A stretch of 63,620 bases of DNA, filler included, from Myxococcota bacterium (GTDB taxonomy: Bacteria; Myxococcota; Myxococcia; Myxococcales; Myxococcaceae), in assembly GCA_049322255.1 (NCBI GenBank). It is 5 parts of 5 records of this genome, joined end to end, with 100 filler letters (N's around TTAATTAATTAA, not from the genome) between each part and the next. Parts side by side here need not be neighbours in the genome. Positions count along the whole stretch, not along the records: positions 1 to 14,961 come from JBMORE010000104.1; 4 more parts are not named here. One strand, 5' to 3'. Of the stretch, positions 1-7,851 are shown in pieces (position 1 is the stretch's first letter; each line of letters opens with the position of its first letter). A program made the translations under genes and the position numbers. The notes below the pieces were generated by a model. It made no database searches. It was given only the letters and a program-made list of their open reading frames with translations, and was not told where the DNA came from.

Positions 1-229
1 CGTTGGCACCGACGGAGGCACGAATGACGCGGGGGAGGCCGATGCGGGAGCTTTCGACGCCGGCAGTGCCGGCGGGGGCACGACCACTTCAGAAGCAGAT
101 GGCGGAAGTGAAATTCTCCCTCTCGACCTGCGAGTGGGGTGCGGCTGCCACGGCACCGCTGGCCTGGGGCTGTGGGCCTTGGCACTCCTGGGGTGGCGGA
201 AACGGCCGCGACGTTCATCACTGAGGTAA
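1..229 (+). CDS. 3' end of a MYXO-CTERM surface protein (partial, not in ORF track)
   Basis: Frame 2 reads VGTDGGTNDAGEADAGAFDAG...LRVGCGCHGTAGLGLWALALLGWRKRPRRSSLR* (TAA 227-229): DAG linker, GCGC motif, hydrophobic stretch, basic tail. Confidence 0.8.
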   Translation, partial: VGTDGGTNDAGEADAGAFDAGSAGGGTTTSEADGGSEILPLDLRVGCGCHGTAGLGLWALALLGWRKRPRRSSLR

Positions 230-241
230 CGTCTGGCCGCC

Positions 242-1378
242 ATGTCGCCCCTCGACGAGCTCGAGCTTTACCTGCGCCCGGCCGCCGGAGGCCTCTACCT
301 CGTCTCCACCGGCCGCGCCGAGCAGCTCGCCTTGCAACGGCGTCTCTACAGCGCGACGTCGGAAGAGGAGGTGCGCGCCCGCCACCGGGAAAATCTCGCG
401 CGCATCGCTTCGGCAAAAGTGGCGCTCCTCGGCATTCCCTCCGACGTGGGCGCCGGCTTTCGGCGCGGCGCCAACTTGGGGCCACAAGCCATCCGCGAGC
501 GCCTCTTGGAGGACGAGCCCGGCTTCTTCGCGCGGGCACAGGAAAAAGGCATCGTGGACATCGGCGACGTCTTCGTGGTGCCGCAGCTCCTCCACGACTC
601 GATGCTCTCCGAGGAGCAGCAAGCCCAAAGCCGCCGCGCGCTCTACCCCCGCCACCAAGAGCCGCTGCCTGTCTCTCCCCTCTCCATCGCCGAACGGGCG
701 CTCGATTTGGTCTTCGCCTTGAATCCGCGCATCAAGCCGATGCTGCTGGGCGGCGACCACTCGGCGGCGCTGCCCTTGGCCTTCGCACTTTCCCGCGTAC
801 GAAAAGACCCCTGGGGCATCGTGCAGCCCGATGCGCACACCGACCTGCTCGAAGAACGCCTGGGGGTGAAGTATTGCTTCGGCACCTGGAGCTACCACGC
901 CAACGAGCTCCTCGGCCGTGGCGGGCGGCTGGTGCAGGTGGGTGTTCGCGCTTCGGGCAAGGAGCGCGCCCATTGGGAGAAGACCTACGGGGTACGCCAA
1001 TTCTGGGCGAGGGAGATTCTCGCCGACCCCGCGGGTGCGCTGGAGGCGGTGCTCGCCCACGTCCAGGCCTCGGGAGTGAAGGCCGTCTATTTCTCCAACG
1101 ACATCGATGGCACCGACGCCGCGTACGCCGACGCCACCGGCACCCCCGAGCCAGGCGGCCTCGACCCCGAGTGGGTGGTGGCCCTCGTCCGCCGGTTGGG
1201 ACGCGAGGTGGGCTTGTGCGCGGGCGATGTGATGGAGGTGGCGCCCTCGCTGCAACGCACCCCTGACAGCGCCTCTCGCACCTTGGGGCTCGCTGCGCGT
1301 TACGTGCGCGAAACCTTGGCCGCGCTGCTCGAGGAGGGGCCTCTTCACCCCTCTCCCCGAGGGAGAGGGTCAGGGTGA
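242..1378 (+). CDS. Arginase/agmatinase family ureohydrolase
   Basis: GGDHS, DAHTD and SNDIDGTD metal-binding motifs; TGTPEPGG. Confidence 0.9.
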   Translation: MSPLDELELYLRPAAGGLYLVSTGRAEQLALQRRLYSATSEEEVRARHRENLARIASAKVALLGIPSDVGAGFRRGANLGPQAIRERLLEDEPGFFARAQEKGIVDIGDVFVVPQLLHDSMLSEEQQAQSRRALYPRHQEPLPVSPLSIAERALDLVFALNPRIKPMLLGGDHSAALPLAFALSRVRKDPWGIVQPDAHTDLLEERLGVKYCFGTWSYHANELLGRGGRLVQVGVRASGKERAHWEKTYGVRQFWAREILADPAGALEAVLAHVQASGVKAVYFSNDIDGTDAAYADATGTPEPGGLDPEWVVALVRRLGREVGLCAGDVMEVAPSLQRTPDSASRTLGLAARYVRETLAALLEEGPLHPSPRGRGSG

Positions 1379-1381
1379 GGG
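1349..1381 (+). repeat. REP-like palindrome, copy 1
   Basis: CCCTCTCCC-cga-GGGAGAGGG-tcagggtgaggg; supplies the last codons and the stop of the agmatinase ORF. Confidence 0.8.
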
Positions 1382-1388
1382 ACCCACA

Positions 1389-3911
1389 TCAGTCCCCTTC
1401 GTCGGTCTCGAGCAACGTGCGCTCCCGCTCGGCCTGAGTGGCGGCCAGCTGCTCCTCCAGGCGCGAGAGCCAGACTCGGTTTGCCTCCGCGGGAGGTTTC
1501 TCGTGCCGAAGCCCCGCACGTACCGCCTCGGCGGCTTCGGGCAGCCGGCCCATCGCTTCATAGAGCCGGGCGGCGTGGTAGTGGTGCGAGGGCGTTTCCG
1601 GCTGCAGCCTCGCCGCCGTCTGAATGCTCTGAATCGCCTTGGCCGGCTTGCCTTCCCGCTCGTAGGCGTTGGCCTCCAGAAGCATCAGGCTCGCCCGCTG
1701 GTTGGGGTCGGAGACGAAGGGGCTGACGCGAGAGAGGGCCTCGCGGGCGGCGCGCGGTTTCCCCGCCTCCAGCTGATAGCTGGCCAAGGAGAAGGCGAGC
1801 TCGAGGCTGTCTGGGTGGCTTTTGACCAACGCGTGGAGAATACCCACCGCCTCGTCCTTCTTCCCGGTGGAGGAGAGGATGGAGGCCCGCGTCAGCTGCA
1901 CCCGCAGCGCACCCGGTTGCAGCCGCTCCGCCACCTCCACCTCCTCCAGGGAGAGGCGGTAGCTCGCCGACAGCAGCCACAGCTCCATCGCCTCGGGCTG
2001 CTTTCCCAGCTCCTCCAAGGAGAGGTCGAGCAGCGCGTTGGACTCCTCCACCCGCCCGTGGGTGCGCAAGAGCGTCACCAGCTCGTGACGGCGCGCGGGC
2101 TCGGAGGGGGCCAAGCGCAAGAGCTCTTCCACCCCGCGGGCGACGAAGAGCCCTTCGCGCAATGCCTCGGGTGCTCCGGCCGCGTGGGCCAGCTGGTACT
2201 CGAGGAGCGCCTGCTTCTTCTTCCCCAAACGCAAAAGTGCGCGCGCCGCCACTCGGTGGGCCTCAGCGTCGATGGGCCGCAAGTAGAGCGCGCGGTTGGC
2301 GAAGGCCAGTGCTTCCTTGGGGTCGGCGCCCTTCTGCGCGCCGTACACCTGACCGACCACCTCGTAGAGAAAGTAGTCGGCCGGGTGACGGTCGATGAGC
2401 GGCAAGGCGAAGGCACGTGCCTGTTCGGCGGTGGCTCCCTCCTTCACCTTTTTCGCCAAGGCGTCGCCCGCGTCACGGAAGGTGGGGCCCGCGAAGAACG
2501 AGGCGAGCAGCGCCACCCCGAGGAGGGGAAGCAAAAGAAGCCCCTTCGACGCCCTTTCCGTTCGCGCGGTCCCCGTGGAGGCACCGAGCAGCACCGCGGC
2601 CGACACCGCGCAGGCGGCCAGCTCGAGGTTGAAGTCGAACAGGTTGTGCAGCCCCACCGCGGTCGCCGCGCACAGGGCAGCCAGCTCCAGCGGGGTCAAA
2701 TCGTCGCGGCGCGCCGCGCGAGAAAGCGCCCAGCCGGCGAGAAAAAAGAGCGCCCCCGCCCCCAAAACCCCCACCTCCGCCCAGTGTTGGAGGACGATGT
2801 TCTCCGGGTGGGTGAAGGTGCCGTGAATGGCCATCTGCTGATGCGGGGTGAAGGCCACCTCGAAGGTACCCCGCCCCATCCCCGCCACCCAGAAAGCCTG
2901 GGCGCCTTCGGCGAGCATTGGCCACAAGTCGACCTTGGAGCGGCGAATCTTCTCCACCGAGTCGGCGGTGGCCAGCTCGGCGGCGATGCGCTCGTAGGCC
3001 AAGTAGCTACCCGTGGCGAGCACCACGAAGGCGGCGGCGAGCGCGAGGGCTCCCCGGCCGAGCAACGGCGGCGAAGCTGCCTCCCCAGGTCGAGAACGGG
3101 CGCGTTGAGCAAGGAGCAGCCCGGCAAAGAGCAGCTGGGCGACGAAGAAGAAGACGATGCCACCGCGGGAAAGGGAAAGGAGGCAGCCGGCTCCGCAGGC
3201 GAGGTACGCCAGCCCCCACAAGAGGGCGCGCTGCCTGTCCGCCGCGCTGAGCGCCAGCCCCAAGGCGGCGGTGCCAGCCAAAGTGAGGTAGCCGGCGAGG
3301 TGGTTGGGGTTACCGAAGGTGGAGAGCAGCGCCGGTGCGCCGGCGTACCGGTACACCCCAAACAGCGTGCTCGCCCCCACGAGCTGGTGCCCAAAGCCGA
3401 TGAGCGCCACCAGCGCCCCCGCCAGCGCCACCGCGCAAAACAGCCGCCGCCGCGCCCGACGGGAACGCGCCACCTGCGCCGCCGCCACCAGCACCGAAAA
3501 ATAGGAGAGGTACTTGGCCAGCTCCCGCCAGGTGCTGGGTGCGTCCATGGAGACGGGCCGCCAGGAGGTCAGCCCCAGCGGTACCAAGGCGAACTCCCGT
3601 AGCTCGGCGGCAGGCGTGCTGAGGAGCCGTAGCAGCGGCGGCGGGAGCGGTAAAAGCTGCAGAGCGCACAGAAGCGCTCCCAGCGCGGGGAGCGCGGCGA
3701 AGAAGGGCAGCGAAAGGCCCTGGTTCATGCGCGCAGCCCCGATGGCGGAAAGGCCGGCGGCGGCGAAGGAGAAGAGCACCAGGGGCCAGAGCGTCCACTC
3801 GGGGGCGCTCCCCAAGGCCAGCGGACAGAAGAAGGCCAGCGCCCACAGCGTCGCTTCGCCGGCGAGGCTGTAGCTGGAGACGCGCCGTCTGGGAGAGCGG
3901 CCTGCGTTCAT
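1389..3911 (-). CDS. O-antigen ligase (Wzy_C) family membrane protein with C-terminal TPR repeats
   Basis: Multiple TM segments; STFGNPNHLAGYL, SLSRGG, THPENIVLQ and HNLFDFNL motifs; helical TPR-like C-terminus. Confidence 0.85.
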   Translation of the reverse strand: MNAGRSPRRRVSSYSLAGEATLWALAFFCPLALGSAPEWTLWPLVLFSFAAAGLSAIGAARMNQGLSLPFFAALPALGALLCALQLLPLPPPLLRLLSTPAAELREFALVPLGLTSWRPVSMDAPSTWRELAKYLSYFSVLVAAAQVARSRRARRRLFCAVALAGALVALIGFGHQLVGASTLFGVYRYAGAPALLSTFGNPNHLAGYLTLAGTAALGLALSAADRQRALLWGLAYLACGAGCLLSLSRGGIVFFFVAQLLFAGLLLAQRARSRPGEAASPPLLGRGALALAAAFVVLATGSYLAYERIAAELATADSVEKIRRSKVDLWPMLAEGAQAFWVAGMGRGTFEVAFTPHQQMAIHGTFTHPENIVLQHWAEVGVLGAGALFFLAGWALSRAARRDDLTPLELAALCAATAVGLHNLFDFNLELAACAVSAAVLLGASTGTARTERASKGLLLLPLLGVALLASFFAGPTFRDAGDALAKKVKEGATAEQARAFALPLIDRHPADYFLYEVVGQVYGAQKGADPKEALAFANRALYLRPIDAEAHRVAARALLRLGKKKQALLEYQLAHAAGAPEALREGLFVARGVEELLRLAPSEPARRHELVTLLRTHGRVEESNALLDLSLEELGKQPEAMELWLLSASYRLSLEEVEVAERLQPGALRVQLTRASILSSTGKKDEAVGILHALVKSHPDSLELAFSLASYQLEAGKPRAAREALSRVSPFVSDPNQRASLMLLEANAYEREGKPAKAIQSIQTAARLQPETPSHHYHAARLYEAMGRLPEAAEAVRAGLRHEKPPAEANRVWLSRLEEQLAATQAERERTLLETDEGD

Positions 3912-4000
3912 GCGAGCGGGGCATTATGACGGCAAGCGGCAAACGACGGCGAGCGCGCTTTTCGCATCGCGGGGCTTCTGGCATTCTCTCGCCGCCTTCC

Positions 4001-4288
4001 ATGCGCTCTCTTCTCTTTTTCCTCCCTGCTCTCTCTTTTGCCCTCCTGGGGTGCAAGGGACCGTGCCGGCAGCTGTCGGAGAAGCTGTGCGAGTGCGCCA
4101 TCAACAGCGTGGAGAGGGACTCCTGCCTGCGCCGAGTCTCCTCTCAGGCCGGTGCCTTCGAGACCACCTCTGCGCAGGACGTCACCTGTGCCGAGCTTTT
4201 GCCCAAGTGCGACTGCCATCTCGTCGATACCGAGGAGGGGAAGGTCAACTGCGGGCTGGCGCGGCCGCGGCCGGACACTGGAAGTTGA
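4001..4288 (+). CDS. Small cysteine-rich lipoprotein
   Basis: ATG 4001, MRSLLFFLPALSFALLGC lipobox, then 8 further Cys. Confidence 0.7.
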   Translation: MRSLLFFLPALSFALLGCKGPCRQLSEKLCECAINSVERDSCLRRVSSQAGAFETTSAQDVTCAELLPKCDCHLVDTEEGKVNCGLARPRPDTGS

Positions 4289-4326
4289 ACAGGAGCGAAG
4301 GCAGCGGGGTTTAGCCGTCGAGCTGC

Positions 4327-4372
4327 CGGGAGCGGGATCGGGAGCGGGAGCGTTTGCGGGGACGGGGTCGGG
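4327..4372 (+). repeat. Left arm of 46-bp inverted repeat flanking the four-helix-bundle gene
   Basis: cgggagcgggatcgggagcgggagcgtttgcggggacggggtcggg; 45/46 identical to the reverse complement of 4792-4837. Confidence 0.95.
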
Positions 4373-4391
4373 AACGGATCACGTTCGACGG

Positions 4392-4754
4392 TCACGTCCC
4401 ACGGGGTATGCCGCACAGACGGCTCAGCATCTGAGCGACTCGAACGAGGAGGGTGCGGGCTCGTCGGTATTGGTCCTGGGCGATGAGCCCACGGATGTGC
4501 ATCACGTCGAGCTGTGTCGCCGCTTCGGTCGTGCTTCCACGCGCAATCTCATAGGAGCGCTGCTTGTCTGCCTTGGCGGTCTTTCCGGCACCCTCGCCGA
4601 TGTTGAACAAGATGCTCAGACTCGCGCGGTCAAACTGGTCCCGAAGCTCGCGCGGCATCTTGTGCGCCAAAAGCTGGGTAGCAAGCACGACGAACTCGCG
4701 GGCGACTCGATAGACCTCGAGCTTTTCGTGGTCGAACAGCGGCAAATCCACCAC
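4392..4754 (-). CDS. Four helix bundle protein (23S rRNA-IVP / Avd-like family)
   Basis: FDHEKLEVY...LRDQFDRASLSILFNIGEG...YEIARGSTTE signature. True start is probably the GTG/TTG at 4754-4745; the longer ORF-track N-terminus is translated repeat. Confidence 0.9.
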   Translation of the reverse strand: MVDLPLFDHEKLEVYRVAREFVVLATQLLAHKMPRELRDQFDRASLSILFNIGEGAGKTAKADKQRSYEIARGSTTEAATQLDVMHIRGLIAQDQYRRARTLLVRVAQMLSRLCGIPRGT

Positions 4755-4791
4755 CGCATCCGAGCCCGTATCACCGCCGCCCGACCCCGAG

Positions 4792-4837
4792 CCCGACCCC
4801 GTCCCCGCAAACGCTCCCGCTCCCGCTCCCGCTCCCG
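4792..4837 (-). repeat. Right arm of 46-bp inverted repeat
   Basis: cccgaccccgtccccgcaaacgctcccgctcccgctcccgctcccg. Confidence 0.95.
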
Positions 4838-4892
4838 TCTGTTGATCTCCCGAATTCATCCTTCTTTCTCTACCGCGAGCCTCTGACGCCGA

Positions 4893-6020
4893 TCAGGCAG
4901 CCCGCGAGCGACCCGTCCGCTGGCCAAGCCCCTCCTCATACTTCCGGAAGAGCTCTCCCCACCCGCTGGCGAGCGCCTCGCGCACCCGCGCTTTGCCGAC
5001 GGCCGGATACCAGTAGTAGTCGTGGTAGGCGATGGAGGCCGCGTAGCTCCAGGGGGCGAGCGCGGTGCGCAAGAGAAACTTCTCCAGCGGCTTGAGCGGC
5101 CCCCAGTAGATGGCCTTCTGCCCGCGGGAGGCGAAGGTGTTCTGGTTGCCGGAGAAGTGCCAATTCACCCCCGACACGTCCTCGCCGACGACGTCGATTT
5201 CCTCGAAGCGCCCCGTGCCCAGGCCGTCCTCGTGCGCCAGGCGGATGAACTTGAGGCTCATCGGGTCGAAGCCCATCATCTTCGCCGCCACCGCGTCGAT
5301 GGCCACCTGGTCCGCCGAGGCGAGCAAGTAGTTCTTCTCGTGCGGCACCATGCAGCGCGGGCCGGGGCCGTCGCCGGCGAAGGTGCCGTCCATCACCGCG
5401 AACACCCCGGGGTGAATTTCTTTTTGGATGTGGAGGAGGTCGACCAGGGTTTCGTGGATGACCGAGTGCGTCCAATGGCGGCGCTCATGGAGCAGCCCTC
5501 CGAAGGCGTTCTTCATCGCGCCGGTCATGGTGGTGAAGACGTGGGTCTTCATCGTCGGCAGGTGGATGATGTTCTCCCCCACGAAGCGCTTGGGAATCTC
5601 GATGCCGTGCGGGTAAATCTCGTTGAGCACCCGCATGGGCGCCTTGGGCTCGTAGCGCATCCACTCCTGGCCCTCGTAGAGGTGAACGTTGGCCAGCCCG
5701 TAGGCGTCGAGCACCACCTTGTGCTTGTTGGCCAGCTCGCCCCGCTTGGCCGAGACCACCACCGTGCGGTTGTGGCAGCCGTGGATTTTCTCCTTGGCAA
5801 AGCCATCGGCGAGCAGCCGGCGGATGACCCCCTCCAGCTGCCAGGGAGTGGTGTTGCAGCCCGGGTACCAGTGATGCCAGGTGATGTTGATTTTGAGCGC
5901 CGTCTCGTGCGCCAAAGAGAGCACCTGCTGGTAGCCCGCCAGCTGCATCGCCTTGCCCACGTCTTCGAGCACGGTTTGGGGAGAGGTCTTGAGAACTGCC
6001 ACCACGGACTTCTTCGGCAT
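4893..6020 (-). CDS. DUF362 domain protein
   Basis: LKINI, HLPTMKTHVFTTMTGAMKNAFG, MDGTFAGDGPGP and SADQVAIDAVAAKMMG motifs. Confidence 0.85.
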   Translation of the reverse strand: MPKKSVVAVLKTSPQTVLEDVGKAMQLAGYQQVLSLAHETALKINITWHHWYPGCNTTPWQLEGVIRRLLADGFAKEKIHGCHNRTVVVSAKRGELANKHKVVLDAYGLANVHLYEGQEWMRYEPKAPMRVLNEIYPHGIEIPKRFVGENIIHLPTMKTHVFTTMTGAMKNAFGGLLHERRHWTHSVIHETLVDLLHIQKEIHPGVFAVMDGTFAGDGPGPRCMVPHEKNYLLASADQVAIDAVAAKMMGFDPMSLKFIRLAHEDGLGTGRFEEIDVVGEDVSGVNWHFSGNQNTFASRGQKAIYWGPLKPLEKFLLRTALAPWSYAASIAYHDYYWYPAVGKARVREALASGWGELFRKYEEGLGQRTGRSRAA

Positions 6021-6080
6021 ATCTTCTTCCTCGTGCGAAACGAGGACACTCCCCTAGCAGATACACCCGCTGGGCCTCCA

Positions 6081-6467
6081 GTGCTGGAGAAGCTCCGCGC
6101 CGCTCTGCGTGGACGCACCGACGTCAAGCTCGCCCTGCTGTTCGGGTCGCAGGCAACCGGGCGGGCGCAAGCCAGCTCTGACGTTGATGTCGCCGTGGAC
6201 GCACCAGGGGTCGATTCCTACGCGCTCGCCGGAGAGCTTGGTCGTGCCACGGGCGAGGAGGTGCATTTGGTGTCCCTCGACGCCGCGGGCTTGCCGCTGG
6301 TGGAGGCCCTGCTTCGTGACGGGGTCCTCGTTCACGAGAGTCGGCGCGGGAACGCCGCAGCCTGGAGAACAAGGGCCATTCTCGCGATGGAAACCGACGG
6401 TGCGTCATACGACCGGATGCGCCGAGCCTTTTTGGCCCGCGTCGCAGCGCGAGGCTTCGGTGGTTGA
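6081..6467 (+). CDS. mntA: MntA-type minimal nucleotidyltransferase antitoxin
   Basis: LFGSQATGRAQASSDVDVAV fits GSX10DXD; overlaps the downstream HEPN gene; start uncertain (GTG 6033 or 6081). Confidence 0.85.
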   Translation: MLEKLRAALRGRTDVKLALLFGSQATGRAQASSDVDVAVDAPGVDSYALAGELGRATGEEVHLVSLDAAGLPLVEALLRDGVLVHESRRGNAAAWRTRAILAMETDGASYDRMRRAFLARVAARGFGG

Positions 6468-6882
6468 CATCAACGTGCTCACCGAGAAGCTCAAGGCCCT
6501 CGAGCGCCACCTCGAGCGCGTGCGCCTCCGGGCAAAGCCGACGGCCAAAGAGCTGGCAGCCGACGAAGACTCGCTCGACTTGGTTTCCTTTCACCTGATG
6601 CTTGCAGTCCAAACCTGCCTGGACATCGCCAACCACCTCATCGCCGACCATGGGTGGCATCCCCCGGCGAAACTCGCCGAGAGCTTCGAACGCCTGGGCG
6701 AGCACGGCATCCTCTCGACGTCTACCGTCGCGCTAATGGCCAGAGCCGGGGGCCTGCGCAACGTGGTCGCGCACGCATACGGGAAAGTCGACGTGGAGAA
6801 GGTTCACGCGGCGGCGACGAGCGGGCTGAAGGACCTCGAACGATTCGCCCAAGAAATTGCCACGTGGCTGGCCGCGCGCTGA
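6460..6882 (+). CDS. hepT: HEPN/DUF86 RNase toxin (HepT)
   Basis: RNVVAHAY fits RX4HXY; QTCLDIANHLI; paired with MNT. Confidence 0.88.
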   Translation: MVDINVLTEKLKALERHLERVRLRAKPTAKELAADEDSLDLVSFHLMLAVQTCLDIANHLIADHGWHPPAKLAESFERLGEHGILSTSTVALMARAGGLRNVVAHAYGKVDVEKVHAAATSGLKDLERFAQEIATWLAAR

Positions 6883-6900
6883 AACGTCCTGCCCTCTTGT

Positions 6901-7851
6901 CTAGCCGCCGGCGTACAGCGCCCACCCGGCCACTCCGACGAAAAGCGCCAGGTCGACGATGAGCGGCACGTCGGAGAGCAACACCCGCTCCGGCGAGCCC
7001 CCTGCTCCACGCCGGTGCACCAGGAAGAGGTAGCGGAAGATGCCGTAGATGACGAAAGGCACCGAGTACTTGAGCTTGTCGCTGCCCACGTGGGCCATCG
7101 TGTCGGGCGCCACCGAGTACAGCCCGTAGGCGAGGATGCAGGCGGCGGCCACCGCGGACATCATCTGGTCGAGCAGCGGCAGTGAGTATTCGGTGAGGTT
7201 GGCGCGGTGGGCGGCGGCGTCACCCGCGAGCGAGGCCACTTCATGCCGGCGCTTGGCGAAACCCAAAAACACCGCGAGCAAGAGGGTGCAGAGAAAGAGC
7301 CAGTTGGACACCGGCACGTCGATGGCCACTCCGCCGCCGATGACGCGCAAGACGAAGCCGGTGGCGATGAGCATCACATCGAGGATGACGAAGCGCTTGA
7401 GGAGAAAGGAGTACAAAAGCTGCAGCCCCACATAGCCGGCGGCGACCAGGGCGAAGTCTTTGCCCACCCACATCGCTAGCCCCGCGCCCGCCGCTCCGCA
7501 GCCTAAGACCAAGCTCGCCGCGGCGGAGAGCCCCAGGTGCCCAGCGGCGATGGGCCGCTTCTTCTTCTCCGGATGGAGCCGGTCGGCCTCGCGATCTCTC
7601 CAGTCGTTGAGCACATAGACCGCGCTGGCCAAGAAGCAGAACGCACCCACGGCGAGCACCGCCAAGAGCACCCGAGCAGGCTCGTCGACGGCCTTGGCGA
7701 AGAGCAACGGAGCGAGGACGGCAGCGTTCTTGGTCCACTGGCGAGGGCGCAGCGCGCGCAGGAGCGAGAGGCCGAACGAGGGCGGGCCCGACGGTGAAGG
7801 GGCTGACGTCGGCGAAGGCACCGCCGAGAGCGCCGGCGACTCGTGGCTCAT
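6901..7851 (-). CDS. UbiA-family prenyltransferase, decaprenyl-phosphate phosphoribosyltransferase-like
   Basis: RPRQWTKN, YVLNDWRDREADRLHPEKKKRPIAAG, KRRHE and GGSPE motifs. Confidence 0.88.
   Translation of the reverse strand: MSHESPALSAVPSPTSAPSPSGPPSFGLSLLRALRPRQWTKNAAVLAPLLFAKAVDEPARVLLAVLAVGAFCFLASAVYVLNDWRDREADRLHPEKKKRPIAAGHLGLSAAASLVLGCGAAGAGLAMWVGKDFALVAAGYVGLQLLYSFLLKRFVILDVMLIATGFVLRVIGGGVAIDVPVSNWLFLCTLLLAVFLGFAKRRHEVASLAGDAAAHRANLTEYSLPLLDQMMSAVAAACILAYGLYSVAPDTMAHVGSDKLKYSVPFVIYGIFRYLFLVHRRGAGGSPERVLLSDVPLIVDLALFVGVAGWALYAGG

Noticed and set aside
4392..4859. Possible diversity-generating retroelement (Avd-like gene)
   Set aside because: No reverse transcriptase and no TR/VR pair with adenine-specific mismatches was seen in the window
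4755..4859. GAGAGA/GSGSGS N-terminus of the four-helix-bundle ORF
   Set aside because: It is the translated inverted-repeat arm; the family signature begins at FDHEKL
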